The notes under the pieces are model-generated. The model did no database searches. It was not told the DNA's origin and saw nothing but the letters and a program-made list of their open reading frames with translations. This document shows, in pieces, positions 10,609 through 20,468 of a stretch of 64,000 nucleotides of DNA. This DNA comes from Isosphaeraceae bacterium (GTDB taxonomy: Bacteria > Planctomycetota > Planctomycetia > Isosphaerales > Isosphaeraceae), in assembly GCA_965201075.1 (NCBI GenBank), contig CBDAVP010000014.1, positions 248,001-312,000 on the forward strand. Direction: 5' to 3'. Each line of letters opens with the position of its first letter. Within the stretch, counting starts at the first letter, position 1. A program made the position numbers and the translations under genes.

Positions 10609-11280
10609 TTACCCTCCGGGTTGGGGTGGGTCGGGACCAAGCTTCACCTCAAGAATGACAGGAACAGTGTGTCCGTTCGACCAGCTCGGCAGCTCCCGCC
10701 GGACCTGCTCCCACATCCGATCGGGCATGACCAGCCGCAGGAGGACCACCTGACGCTCGGGCTCCAGGACCGAGGGCTGGCCCCGACCCAATCGTTCGAC
10801 GCGAAGTTCGCCCCAGCGGCCGCGCAAGAACCGGCCCAGACCGTCTCCAAAATCGCCCTGGAGGCTGGCGCCGGACGAAGTCTGCGTGTAAAGCTCAAGA
10901 TTGCCCTGGCCGTTCTCGCGGAACCGCACCCGGAACAGCCCATCCTCGTAGATTCCCACCCCGGCGGAATTCTGATCGCCATGCAGGACTTTGATGGATT
11001 GAGAAGTCCCCTTCGGTACGGCAAGCCTCCAGAGAAAGTGCATCGGGTCGCCGGTCTCCACGACCGCGATACGCACTCGGGAGGCGTCCCCAGTCGGCAG
11101 GTCACCCAGGGACCGGGACAGCCGGGCAGACTCCCGCTCCAGCCCGGACCTTTGCCGGGCGGCCTGCCAGGTCAACACGCCCCCAACGACCGCCACCAAA
11201 ACCAGGGCCGTGTCGACATATCGAAGCTTCACCTGGAAACCCCATCGCGAGGACGACCCGACCGCCAGCACGTCGCGCAT
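10609..11280 (-). CDS. Hypothetical membrane-anchored protein
   Basis: One N-terminal TM helix. Co-oriented with the sulfatase and its paralog. Start uncertain. Confidence 0.65.
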   Translation of the reverse strand: MRDVLAVGSSSRWGFQVKLRYVDTALVLVAVVGGVLTWQAARQRSGLERESARLSRSLGDLPTGDASRVRIAVVETGDPMHFLWRLAVPKGTSQSIKVLHGDQNSAGVGIYEDGLFRVRFRENGQGNLELYTQTSSGASLQGDFGDGLGRFLRGRWGELRVERLGRGQPSVLEPERQVVLLRLVMPDRMWEQVRRELPSWSNGHTVPVILEVKLGPDPPQPGG

Positions 11281-11316
11281 CGGGCCAGTCCAACGTAAGG
11301 GATGAGCGGCTTCGCC

Positions 11317-12747
11317 TCAAGGACCCCCGGGCCCGCCCCCGAACTGCCGCCAGTACCGCGCCTTGAACGGGTTGACCGCCGGCCCCACCGCCTCGTCATT
11401 CTCCAAACTGGGAACAACCTCCCGCCACCACGCCTCATAAGCCGCCCGCAGCCTCGCGACGACCTCCGGATGCTCGGCCAGGACGTTGCGGGCCTGCCCA
11501 GGGTCAGCCTTCAGGTCGTACAACTCGGTGTTGTTGACCAGCGAGAACCGGGCATCGCGGATCGACACATTGCGAAACTTGGACGCCTCGGCCCCGCCGC
11601 GCTCCCAGCGGCCAACGTGCGTCACCAGCGTCCGGTCGGGCCAGTCCGCCGATTCCCCCTTCAACAACGGCAAGAGACTCCGCCCCTCGACTTGCTTCGC
11701 CAGCGAGCCGGTCAGCTCGGCCCCAAGAATCGCCGCCAGCGTCGGAAAAACATCGACATGGGCCGTCAAGGCATCAATATCGCGACCACCCGAGAATCCC
11801 GCCGGCCACCTCCAGAACGACGGCACGCGCGTCCCCCCTTCATACGGCGTCACCTTCTGCCCGCGCATCCCAGCGTTGAAAATCTTGGTGCCGAAGGTCC
11901 CGCCATTGTCGGTCAGGAACACCACCAGGGTGTTCTCCTCCAGCCCCCAGGTCCGCAGGGCATCCACCAGCCGACCAAAGTTGTCATCAATGTTCTCGAC
12001 CATCCCATAAAACTTCGCCACATCCTCGGGGACCTGCCCCTCATGGCGTTTCGCATACGATTCCGGGCACTGCAACGGCTCGTGAGCGGCGTTGGGCGTA
12101 ATCAGGGCGAAGAACGGCGACCCCGACCCCCGCCGACCGTCGATCCACCGCAACGCCTGGTCGAAGAACAGGTCGGTGCAGTAACCACGCGTTTTCTCAA
12201 ACGTGCCGTTGTGCAGAATCGCCGGGTCGAAGTACAGGTTGCCCGGGGCATCGCCGCAACTGCCGGGGAAGGTCTGGCCAATCCCCCCGCCGCCGTGGAT
12301 ATACACCTCGTCGAACCCCCGGCGCCCCGGCTGATAAGCGTCCTCGTCCCCCAGGTGCCACTTGCCAAAAATCCCCGTGGCATAGCCGTGAGCCTTGAGG
12401 AACCCCGGCAAGGTCTCGGCCTTGAGGCTCAGCCGCTCACGCTCGGCGTAAGTGTGGTCCACTCCCGACTTGAACTCATGACGACCCGACAGCAACGCCG
12501 CCCTCGTCGGGGCGCACGTCGGGCTGACGTGGAAGTCGGTGAACCGGACACTCTCCCCATGAAACGCATCCACCCGAGGCGTCCGCACGATCGGGCTGCC
12601 CAGGCAAGAAAAGTCGCCGTAGCCAACGTCATCCGGCATCACAATGATGACGTTGGGCGGACCCGCCACCGCGAACGACGACGACCCCAGGCCGACCATC
12701 GCCAGAATCAGGGCGAGCCTCGACGCTCGGGGCAAGGGCCAACGCAT
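11317..12747 (-). CDS. Arylsulfatase (Cys-type, formylglycine-dependent)
   Basis: PNVIIVMPDDVGYGD, CAPTRAALLSG, GKWHLG, TDNG, YEGGTRVP, ELYDLKADPG. Confidence 0.95.
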   Translation of the reverse strand: MRWPLPRASRLALILAMVGLGSSSFAVAGPPNVIIVMPDDVGYGDFSCLGSPIVRTPRVDAFHGESVRFTDFHVSPTCAPTRAALLSGRHEFKSGVDHTYAERERLSLKAETLPGFLKAHGYATGIFGKWHLGDEDAYQPGRRGFDEVYIHGGGGIGQTFPGSCGDAPGNLYFDPAILHNGTFEKTRGYCTDLFFDQALRWIDGRRGSGSPFFALITPNAAHEPLQCPESYAKRHEGQVPEDVAKFYGMVENIDDNFGRLVDALRTWGLEENTLVVFLTDNGGTFGTKIFNAGMRGQKVTPYEGGTRVPSFWRWPAGFSGGRDIDALTAHVDVFPTLAAILGAELTGSLAKQVEGRSLLPLLKGESADWPDRTLVTHVGRWERGGAEASKFRNVSIRDARFSLVNNTELYDLKADPGQARNVLAEHPEVVARLRAAYEAWWREVVPSLENDEAVGPAVNPFKARYWRQFGGGPGGP

Positions 12748-12943
12748 CGGGGCCGCCTTTCGCAACGGGTTTCACAGGGGAATCCACGAAAACCCCGTTG
12801 TAATCCCCCGCCCCGACCCGCGACAGGGGGACGCCCGGCCCCTCGACCCAGCCCGGGCGCCGCTTTACGATTGACGGCTCGCGACGGGGACCGCAATGAC
12901 CGACCCGTCCCCTCAACGCCCCGATCCAACCGAGGTACGCCCC

Positions 12944-13747
12944 ATGTCCACGCGAACGTCAACCCTCCTGGTCCTGCTCGCGGCCCTGCCCCTCGCCACG
13001 ACGGTCCTCGCCGACGACCCACCCGCGCCCAAGCCGCTCAAGGCCCTGTACATCACCGGCGGCTGCTGCCACGACTACGACACCCAGAAAAAAGTCTTCA
13101 CCGAGGGCATCAGCGACCGCGCCCGCGTCGACTGGACCATCGTCCAGGAAGGCGGCACTTCCACCGACCACCGCGTCAGCCTCTACGAAAAGCCCACTTG
13201 GGCCGATGGCTACGACGTCGTCGTCCACAACGAATGCTTCAGCGGAGTCGACGACGCCAAGTTCATCGAGAACGTCCTCGCCCCCCACCGAGCGGGCCTG
13301 CCGGCGGTCGTCATCCACTGCCAGATGCACACCTTCCGCGACCTCAAAGGCGAGGCCTGGCACGAGTTCCTCGGCGTCAGCACCAACCACCACGGCCCCC
13401 AGCAGCCCCTGAGCGTCAAGAACCTCGACCCCGCCGACCCCATCATGAAGGGCTTCCCCGAAGTCTGGACCACCGGAAACGAGGAACTCTACGCGATCGA
13501 CAAGGTCGAGCCCCACACCACCATCCTCGCCCAGGCCTACGCGCTCGACAACAAGAAGGACCACCCGGTCATCTGGACCCACACCTACGGCAAGGGGCGA
13601 GTCTTCGGCTCAACCATCGCCCACAACACCGACACCATGCGCGACCCGGTTTACCTCAACCTGGTGACCCGCGGCCTCCTCTGGTCCACCAACAAGCTCG
13701 ACGCCGAAGGCAACCCAGCCCAGGGCTACGGCGCGGGCCTCAAGTGA
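12944..13747 (+). CDS. ThuA (trehalose-utilisation-like) domain protein, secreted
   Basis: Signal peptide, ITGGCCHDY, VVIHC, EELY, WTHTYGKGRVFGSTIAHN. Confidence 0.88.
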   Translation: MSTRTSTLLVLLAALPLATTVLADDPPAPKPLKALYITGGCCHDYDTQKKVFTEGISDRARVDWTIVQEGGTSTDHRVSLYEKPTWADGYDVVVHNECFSGVDDAKFIENVLAPHRAGLPAVVIHCQMHTFRDLKGEAWHEFLGVSTNHHGPQQPLSVKNLDPADPIMKGFPEVWTTGNEELYAIDKVEPHTTILAQAYALDNKKDHPVIWTHTYGKGRVFGSTIAHNTDTMRDPVYLNLVTRGLLWSTNKLDAEGNPAQGYGAGLK

Positions 13748-13755
13748 GCCAACGA

Positions 13756-14310
13756 TCAACCCAGGCACGCGAACACGTCATCCACGGCGATCGTGGTCTC
13801 CCCCACGGGAACCCGGTCGCCTCGTCCAAACTCGTCAACGCGGCGGTACTTCCCGGCGGCCGGATCGGGGTCTCGGAACAGGACGATCCGGCGCCCCCGC
13901 ACGTCGGCGACCAGGTAGGGGGAAATCCCCTCGGCCGCATACCCCGGAGCCTTCCTCGCCAGGTCGGTGACCAGCGACGAGTCGGCGACCTCGACCACGA
14001 GAACAACCTCGGCCAGCGTCGGCGGGTGCAGGCCCCGCGTCAACGGCGTCCCACGCAGTACCATCACGTCGGGCTGAGGCTCGTAGCCCTCGCGGAGGGC
14101 CAGGGGCTGCTCGGTCCAGACCATGAAGGCGTCGGCCGGGAAGAGGATTTCCAGCAGCTTGGCGATCACGTAGGTGACGGTACTATGCGGGACGCGAGGA
14201 GGCATGACGTGGACAATCTCCCCATCCCAGAGATAATCCCTGCGGGCCTCCTCGCCGAGGTCCAGCGCCCGGAACTCGGCCGAGGTCAGGCGTGCGGTCG
14301 CGGTGCTCAT
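13756..14310 (-). CDS. Uma2 family (DUF820) PD-(D/E)xK endonuclease-like protein
   Basis: LTSAEF...DGEIVHVMP...H...EPQPDVMVL...LVVEVADSS...K...YAAEGI. Confidence 0.9.
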   Translation of the reverse strand: MSTATARLTSAEFRALDLGEEARRDYLWDGEIVHVMPPRVPHSTVTYVIAKLLEILFPADAFMVWTEQPLALREGYEPQPDVMVLRGTPLTRGLHPPTLAEVVLVVEVADSSLVTDLARKAPGYAAEGISPYLVADVRGRRIVLFRDPDPAAGKYRRVDEFGRGDRVPVGETTIAVDDVFACLG

Positions 14311-14382
14311 GACGGGGCTCCTGTTCGGCGCCATCCTACCAGGAGATCGGCCCGACGCCCGCTCCAAAAGCGAGGTGGATAC

Positions 14383-15216
14383 CTGGCCCTCGCCCTCGCG
14401 GCCCTCGCCCTCGGCGGCGAGGCCCCGCCCGACCCCGACCGCATCACCCAGGTCTCGGTCATCAACGCCCTGATGGTCGGCCGCTACGACGGCCTGATGC
14501 CCATCCCCGAACTCCTCCGCCACGGAGACTTCGGCCTCGGCACCCTCGACCACCTCGACGGCGAGCTCATCGTCCTCGACGGCAAGGCCTACCAGGCCAG
14601 GCCCGACGGAACGGTCTCCGAGGTCGCCGACGACCGCTCAACCCCCTTCGCCGTCGTCACCCCGTTCGACCCCGAGACCGAATCCTCCTGCCGGGACCTC
14701 GCCCGCCTGGAAGACCTCGAAGCCCTCCTCGACAAGGCCCCGCCCGGCCGCAAGAACCGCTTCGTCGTCACCCGGGTCGACGGTCACTTCACCGCCATCA
14801 CCCTGCGCAGCGTCGGCCGCCAGGAACCCCCTTACCGCCCTTTGGCCGAGGTCTCGCGCACCCAGACCGTCCGCACGATCCACGACCTCGACGGCACCCT
14901 CGTGGGAATCCACTGCCCCGACTGGGCCGGAGGCCTGAACGTCCCCGGCGACCACTGGCACTTCCTCTCCCGAGACCACAAAACCGGAGGCCACGTCCTC
15001 GACGCCTCCATCCAGGAAGGCCAAATCCGTCAAGACCCCTGCCGGACCTGGGAGATCCTCCTCGACCCCTCCGAGGGCTTCAATCGCGCCGACCTGACGC
15101 AGGACCTCCGCAACGACCTGCACCGGGTCGAACGCTCCCGCGGCGAGCCCGATCCGAAACCCGACCGCGAGCGCGGAACGATTCCCCTCACGCCACATCC
15201 ACCTCGACCGGAATGA
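14383..15216 (+). CDS. budA: Alpha-acetolactate decarboxylase (start codon uncertain)
   Basis: QVSVINALMVGRYDG, HGDFGLGTLDHLDGELIVLDG, TPFAVVT, HWHFLS...GGHVLD. No in-frame ATG/GTG/TTG precedes the conserved N-terminus, so CTG 14383 is proposed. Confidence 0.85.
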   Translation: MALALAALALGGEAPPDPDRITQVSVINALMVGRYDGLMPIPELLRHGDFGLGTLDHLDGELIVLDGKAYQARPDGTVSEVADDRSTPFAVVTPFDPETESSCRDLARLEDLEALLDKAPPGRKNRFVVTRVDGHFTAITLRSVGRQEPPYRPLAEVSRTQTVRTIHDLDGTLVGIHCPDWAGGLNVPGDHWHFLSRDHKTGGHVLDASIQEGQIRQDPCRTWEILLDPSEGFNRADLTQDLRNDLHRVERSRGEPDPKPDRERGTIPLTPHPPRPE

Positions 15217-16357
15217 CGTGGTGGATCATGACATTGCGCAGGTCGGTCGAACGCGCCATCGGCTGAGTGCGCCCCTGGCTATCGGTGGCTCGGGCCATCA
15301 GTCGTTGGCGGCCGGGTGCGTTCGGGACCGCCCAACTCCACTCCCAAAGCCTCCAGCAGTGCGGCACGGCCTCCCCCAGCAAGGTCGCGGGCGACCACGT
15401 CTTGCCCCCATCGACCGAAAGCTCCACCTTCACCACCTCCGCCTCGCCGGCCCACGCGGCGCCATGAACCCGATACGGCTTCCCCGCCGCCACCACCTCC
15501 AGCCGCCCCGGCCGGGCCACCTGGGCCTTGACCGCGTTGCCCGTCAGCGGCACCAGCGTCGGCAGCCCGCCGGCCCGGTCAAACGTCGAGTATTCCAACG
15601 TCTGGAAGTAGCCACCAAACGGCCGATCCGCCACCAAAACCCGCGTCAGCCACTTCACCGAGGCCATCCCATACCAGCCCGGAACCACCGCCCGAACCGG
15701 AAATCCGTGCTCGGCCGTCAGGTCGGCCCCATTCATCCTCGTGGCCAGCAACACATCGCGCCGGGCCTTCTCCAGAGGGAGGCTCCGGGCATAGGAAATC
15801 TCCCCGGGCGACTCCTCGGTCTTGCCCCGATCCGCACCCTCCAGGATCACCTCAACGGCCCCGGCCCGAACCCCGGCGCGATCCAGCAACGCCGACAGCG
15901 GCACGCCCACCCACTCGGCGTTGCCCACCGCCCCATTCTCCCACAACAACCCCTTGGGCTTCGGAACCAGCATCACCCGCCCATTGCCAGCGCATTCCAG
16001 CAACGCCGGAACGGTCCGCGTCGGCAGCGCCCGAAACTCCTCCAGCCCGATCGAGAACGGGCGTTCAACCGCCCCCTCCACGCTCAGCCGCCACGCCGCC
16101 GCCGCCACCTCGGGCACCGGAAAATGGCTGCGCACATAGAACCGCTCCACCGGCGTCACGAACCCATCCAGACTCGAAAATGGCGATTCCAGGTTCCTCG
16201 GCTCATTCTCGCGAACGATCATCGGCAACGCCCCGGGGGGCGAATCCGGAGCCTGGGCCAGCGCCCGAGTGGCCATCGCCGGAACCGTCACCGCCACGGC
16301 GGCGGCCCCCCCCAGAAACGCTCGACGGCCGATCGGAGTTTCGGAACCGTGGCTCAT
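15188..16357 (-). CDS. Sulfite oxidase-family molybdopterin oxidoreductase with Tat signal
   Basis: GRRAFLG, FYVRSH, LECAGNGR, HGFPVRAVVPGWYGMASVKWL, C-terminal dimerisation domain. Confidence 0.93.
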   Translation of the reverse strand: MSHGSETPIGRRAFLGGAAAVAVTVPAMATRALAQAPDSPPGALPMIVRENEPRNLESPFSSLDGFVTPVERFYVRSHFPVPEVAAAAWRLSVEGAVERPFSIGLEEFRALPTRTVPALLECAGNGRVMLVPKPKGLLWENGAVGNAEWVGVPLSALLDRAGVRAGAVEVILEGADRGKTEESPGEISYARSLPLEKARRDVLLATRMNGADLTAEHGFPVRAVVPGWYGMASVKWLTRVLVADRPFGGYFQTLEYSTFDRAGGLPTLVPLTGNAVKAQVARPGRLEVVAAGKPYRVHGAAWAGEAEVVKVELSVDGGKTWSPATLLGEAVPHCWRLWEWSWAVPNAPGRQRLMARATDSQGRTQPMARSTDLRNVMIHHVIPVEVDVA

Positions 16358-16509
16358 CGGTCGATCCTCGGGCCTCGGCCCGTTTCATGGGAAGAATCAA
16401 ACCAGGCATGCCTCGGGGTAGTGTGGCCACCCCGCCGGGGCTTGTCCAGCGCCCAAGCGTTCGGGTACGGTCCGACCATCCCAGGGCAACCCGACGGAGG
16501 GCCACAGGC

Positions 16510-17628
16510 ATGCGTCGAAAGCGAATCGGTCCAGCGGTCCTCCTGGGAATGGCAATGGTCCTCATGACCAGCAAGACATCGACCTGGGCGGGCGACGACC
16601 CAACCCTGGCGCTCACGACCGAACGCGCCTCGGCCTTCGCCCGGCTCGCTCTCAAGGGGCTGGACCGCGAATATCCCAACAAGCTCGACCACGTCATGGC
16701 CGACCCCGACGACGTCCGCCCACCCCGGAATCTCCACCCGGCCTTCTTCGGCTGCTACGACTGGCACTCCTCGGTCCACGGCCACTGGATGCTCGCCCGC
16801 CTGCTCCGCAAGGTTCCCGACCTGCCCGAAGCCCCCGAGATCCGCCGAATCTTCCACGCCCACCTGACCGCCGAAAACTTCAAGGTCGAGGCCGACTACT
16901 TCGCCCGCAAAGGTGCCGCCCCCTTCGAGCGGCCCTACGGATGGGCCTGGCTCTTGAAGCTCGCCCAGGAATTGCACGGCTGGGACGACCCCGACGCCCG
17001 CGCCTGGGCCGAAAACCTCCGTCCCCTGGCCAACGTCGTCGCCCTCCGCTACATCGAGTTCTTCCCCAAGCAAACCTACCCAATCCGCACCGGAGTCCAC
17101 CCCAACACCGCCTTCGGCCTGGCCTTCGCCCACGACTACGCCCAAGCCACCGGCGACGACCGCCTCCGAGCCCTCGTCGAGTCCCGAGCCCGCGACTACT
17201 TCGCCCACGACCACGACGCCCCCGCTCGCTGGGAGCCCAGCGGCGCCGACTTTTTCTCCCCCTCGATGGTCGAGGCCGACCTGATGCGTCGAGTCCTCCC
17301 CCCGGGCGAATTCCAAGCTTGGTTCTCCGCCTTCCTGCCCGGAGCCTCCAAAAGCGAACCGAAGGAACTCTTCCAGCCCGCCACCGTCACCGACCGCGCC
17401 GACCCCCAGCTCGTCCACCTCGACGGCCTGAACCTCAGTCGAGCCTGGGCGATGGCCGGAGTGGCCAATGCCCTCCCACCCGACGATCCAACCCTTCCCG
17501 CGCTCCGTGAATCATCCGCCCGCCACGCCGAGGCCGGCCTCGCCCACGTCGCCAGCGGAGACTACGCCGGAGAGCACTGGCTCGCTTCCTTCGCCGTCTA
17601 CCTCCTCTCTGGCCCCAATCCCGATTGA
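16510..17628 (+). CDS. DUF2891 family protein
   Basis: REYPNKLDH, HPAFFGCYDWHSSVHGHW, FERPYGWAW, HLDGLNLSRAW, YAGEHWLASFA. Confidence 0.9.
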   Translation: MRRKRIGPAVLLGMAMVLMTSKTSTWAGDDPTLALTTERASAFARLALKGLDREYPNKLDHVMADPDDVRPPRNLHPAFFGCYDWHSSVHGHWMLARLLRKVPDLPEAPEIRRIFHAHLTAENFKVEADYFARKGAAPFERPYGWAWLLKLAQELHGWDDPDARAWAENLRPLANVVALRYIEFFPKQTYPIRTGVHPNTAFGLAFAHDYAQATGDDRLRALVESRARDYFAHDHDAPARWEPSGADFFSPSMVEADLMRRVLPPGEFQAWFSAFLPGASKSEPKELFQPATVTDRADPQLVHLDGLNLSRAWAMAGVANALPPDDPTLPALRESSARHAEAGLAHVASGDYAGEHWLASFAVYLLSGPNPD

Positions 17629-17743
17629 GCCAAGCCGAATTTCCCGACCCCGTCCCCCTTCATATCCTACAGTCCGAACGGGCAGGGGCCGCCCCGGGGG
17701 GGAAAGCGGCCGACTGGTCCGGGAGCCTTGGGGAGGATTAGGG

Positions 17744-18829
17744 ATGATGTCGGTGCGCATTCGAAAGTGGACCCGAACCCGTTTCGCCCTCCGTCCGGCC
17801 GGGCTAGCGGTGTTGGCCCTGGCCGCGGTCCTCACCAACAGGGGCCACGCCCCGGCCCAGACCACCGTCATCGGCGCCCACCCCAAGCAGGTCTTCCCCG
17901 CCCACATCCCCCGGCCCATCGTCATCGACCTGGGCTTCTACCTGATCGACTTCGCCCGCGTCAACGGCCGGGAAGAATCCTTCGACCTTCAGGGCTACCT
18001 GACCGCCTCCTGGACCGACCCCGCGATGGCCCGGACCCCCGGAGGACCCACCGGCGAACGCCGCTTCCCCCCGGAAACCCTCTGGGCCTGCAACTACGAG
18101 TTCGCCAACGCCGCCGAGCCAGTCAAAATCCAGAACGAGGCCGCACTCGTCGTCGAGGGCAACGGTCGAATCCACCAACGCCTCCGCTTCGGCGGCAAGT
18201 TCTCCTGGCCGATGAACCTCCGCCGCTTCCCCTTCGACCATCAGACCCTCACCGTCCTGATCGAGCCGTTCGAGCGTCAGACCCAGGACGTCAAGTTCGT
18301 CGTCGACCACAAGCACCTCGGCCGCCTCCCCGGCGCCTTCCTGACCGACTGGGAGATCCGCGACGTCAGCGCCCACACCGTCGACATCAATTACCCATCG
18401 CTGGACCGGACCAACTCGCGGGTGGTCGTCGAGATCCACATCGTCCGCCAGTCGACCTTCTACCTCTGGCGGGTCCTGATGCCCCTGACCCTCCTGGTGG
18501 TCACCGCCTGGGTCGTCTACCTCTTCGACCCCACCAACCTCCAACCGCTCATCAGCACCACCATCGCCATCCTCCTGAACGTCATCCTGTTCAACTTCTC
18601 GATCGACTTCGCCCTACCCAAGGTGCCGTATCTGACCCTGATCGACTCCTACGCCGTCACCTGTTTCTTCTTCATGGTGGCGAACATGTACCTGGTGACC
18701 TGGATTCACCTCACCTGCCGTCGCCACGGAGCCGAAGCGGCCCAGGCCCTCCAGGCCAAAATCCTCCGCCGAATCCCCCTGGCCTTCCTCCTGGCCATCG
18801 TCAGCGAGTTCCTCTACTTCCTGGAATAA
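17744..18829 (+). CDS. Prokaryotic pentameric ligand-gated ion channel (GLIC/ELIC-like)
   Basis: Signal peptide, beta-rich extracellular domain (ESFDLQGYLTASWTDP, Pro-loop MNLRRFPFDHQTL), pre-M1 R (VRQSTFYLWRVLMP), M2-M3 loop LPKVPYLTLID, four TM helices. Confidence 0.9.
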   Translation: MMSVRIRKWTRTRFALRPAGLAVLALAAVLTNRGHAPAQTTVIGAHPKQVFPAHIPRPIVIDLGFYLIDFARVNGREESFDLQGYLTASWTDPAMARTPGGPTGERRFPPETLWACNYEFANAAEPVKIQNEAALVVEGNGRIHQRLRFGGKFSWPMNLRRFPFDHQTLTVLIEPFERQTQDVKFVVDHKHLGRLPGAFLTDWEIRDVSAHTVDINYPSLDRTNSRVVVEIHIVRQSTFYLWRVLMPLTLLVVTAWVVYLFDPTNLQPLISTTIAILLNVILFNFSIDFALPKVPYLTLIDSYAVTCFFFMVANMYLVTWIHLTCRRHGAEAAQALQAKILRRIPLAFLLAIVSEFLYFLE

Positions 18830-18931
18830 CCCGCCGCGGCACACGCGATTCGCCGAGCGTTGCCGATCAAGCCGTCCTCGCCCAGCCACCAGCGGGACGG
18901 CCGCGTCGGCCCTCCGAGGCGACCGCCCTGT

Positions 18932-19210
18932 TCAGGGGTGGCCGCCGAGCCACTCTCGGAGGTCGACGGTTGTTGAGATAACGAAGGGATTGGAAAACAG
19001 TTCGGGATGCACCTGCGATTCTTCGTATTTGCTAGGCATCCCATTTCCCTTGGCAACGACCCAGGAATTCCTCGGAGTGAACGGTTTGCCGATGAACATC
19101 GACTGGCGATCCAGCCCCAGGAGGTCGGCGACCGCCGCGTATGTGGCCCGCTGTCGATGCCTCCCAAGCCGTTCGCAAATCGCATCCAGATCGAGTGATT
19201 GGGCGTTCAT
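18932..19210 (-). CDS. Small hypothetical protein (lower GC)
   Basis: 92-aa ORF from ATG 19210. RATYAAVADLLG...SWVV faintly recalls the alkyltransferase-like HTH. Confidence 0.6.
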   Translation of the reverse strand: MNAQSLDLDAICERLGRHRQRATYAAVADLLGLDRQSMFIGKPFTPRNSWVVAKGNGMPSKYEESQVHPELFSNPFVISTTVDLREWLGGHP

Positions 19211-19318
19211 TTGTGCGGGCTCACAGACATGTGGAGAGGGAACCTCCTGATGGTAAAGGGTCGCCCGCCGGCCTGCCAGAGCCGCCGGGTCGAGGTGTCG
19301 CCCGAAAGCCAACGCGTC

Positions 19319-19399
19319 GGGTGGCTGGGGTCTCGTCTTCGAGACCCCGGGTGTCGCTTATCCAGACCAGGGTCTCGAAGACGAGACATCAGCCAACCC
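19319..19399. repeat. REP-like palindrome, family B
   Basis: GGGTGGCTGGGGTCTCGTCTTCGAGACCCCGG ... GGGTCTCGAAGACGAGACATCAGCCAACCC. Confidence 0.85.
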
Positions 19400-19494
19400 A
19401 ACATCCAATTTTTCTCGAATAGGTACGATTGCTGTTGCCCCTCCCCTTGGGTCATTTCGCGGAGCGCCCGGCCCTGGTCTCAAGACGCCTGAAG

Positions 19495-19513
19495 TGCTAG
19501 CATTTTGAATGCA
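19495..19513 (+). promoter_or_regulatory. Probable TA autorepression operator
   Basis: TGCTAGCA-TTT-TGAATGCA about 30 bp upstream of the antitoxin, similar to the TGCTATCA half-site bound by FitA. Confidence 0.45.
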
Positions 19514-19543
19514 GTCCGCCGAGACCGCGACCCGGAGAGAATC

Positions 19544-19783
19544 ATGGGGCAGCTCATCGTACGGAATCTCCGGGACGGTGTGGTCGTCGCCCTGAAGGCA
19601 AGGGCCTCTCGCCAGGGACGCTCCCTGGAGGCCGAATTGCGAATGATTTTGGAGCGGGCGGCGGCCGAACGCATTGTCGACATTGTCGAAGCAAGGGCTC
19701 GGGCCGAGAGCATCCGGCGCAGCCTTGAGGGACGTCCCCACAGCGATAGCGCCGCGCTCCTTCGCGAGGACCGCGATCGATGA
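19544..19783 (+). CDS. FitA-like ribbon-helix-helix antitoxin
   Basis: MGQLIVRNL...LKARASRQGRSLEAELRMIL...DSAALLREDR. Overlaps the toxin start (ATGA). Confidence 0.92.
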   Translation: MGQLIVRNLRDGVVVALKARASRQGRSLEAELRMILERAAAERIVDIVEARARAESIRRSLEGRPHSDSAALLREDRDR

Positions 19784-20241
19784 CCGGGGCGTCGCCCCTG
19801 ACGGCCCCTCGTGCCCTCGTCCTGGATGCCAGCGTCGCGATCAAATGGTACGTCCCCGAGGTCCATGCCTCGGAGGCCCTGCGATTCATGACGACGGACT
19901 TCGCGATCCACGTCCCCTCGTTCTTCGCGCCCGAGTGCGGCAACACGATCTGGAAGAAGGTCGCCCAGCGCCGCGAGATCCCCGAACCGCGGGGCCGTGA
20001 GATCCTCGACGAACTCTTCGCCTATCCTCACCAGGTCCACGATGCCGAGGCGTTGACTCCGCTGGCGTTCGATCTGGCGACGGCCGTCGGCAACCCCAAA
20101 CTCGCCATCCACGACTTCATCTATGTGGCTCTCGCCATCGGACTGGATTGCCCGATGGTCACGGCCGACCGGGTCTTCTACGAGACCCTCGCGCCCGGCC
20201 CCCACGGGTCTCGCCTGGCCTGGGTCGCCGACCCGATCTAA
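19780..20241 (+). CDS. vapC: VapC/PIN-domain toxin
   Basis: LVLDASVAIKW, E (PECGNTIW), HDFIYVALA, VTAD acidic PIN residues. Confidence 0.93.
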   Translation: MTGASPLTAPRALVLDASVAIKWYVPEVHASEALRFMTTDFAIHVPSFFAPECGNTIWKKVAQRREIPEPRGREILDELFAYPHQVHDAEALTPLAFDLATAVGNPKLAIHDFIYVALAIGLDCPMVTADRVFYETLAPGPHGSRLAWVADPI

Positions 20242-20282
20242 TCTCGGCCCCTCACGCTCGCTTCGCGTTTCACGAACGGATC

Positions 20283-20376
20283 GGGCCGAGGAAAAGGGGA
20301 CTGGCTGTCGTGATCCCTCAGCGAGGCATCCTTCCTGGGCCACGGCCGCAAATACCTGTCCCCCTTTCCTCGGCCC
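20283..20376. repeat. REP/REPIN-like palindrome, family A
   Basis: GGGCCGAGGAAAAGGGGACTGGCT ... ACCTGTCCCCCTTTCCTCGGCCC. Confidence 0.85.
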
Positions 20377-20468
20377 AGCGCGCTCGATCCCCCCGCCTAT
20401 AATGCCGCGAGTTCCCCGGCCAGGTCCCGGCCGGCCGACGACGCGAATCCAATCCAGGGAGGCCCCCA

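Noticed and set aside
11302..15216. 1304-aa ORF as one protein
   Set aside because: Mostly antisense or off-frame shadow of the sulfatase, ThuA and Uma2 genes. Only the last ~277 codons (BudA) look real.
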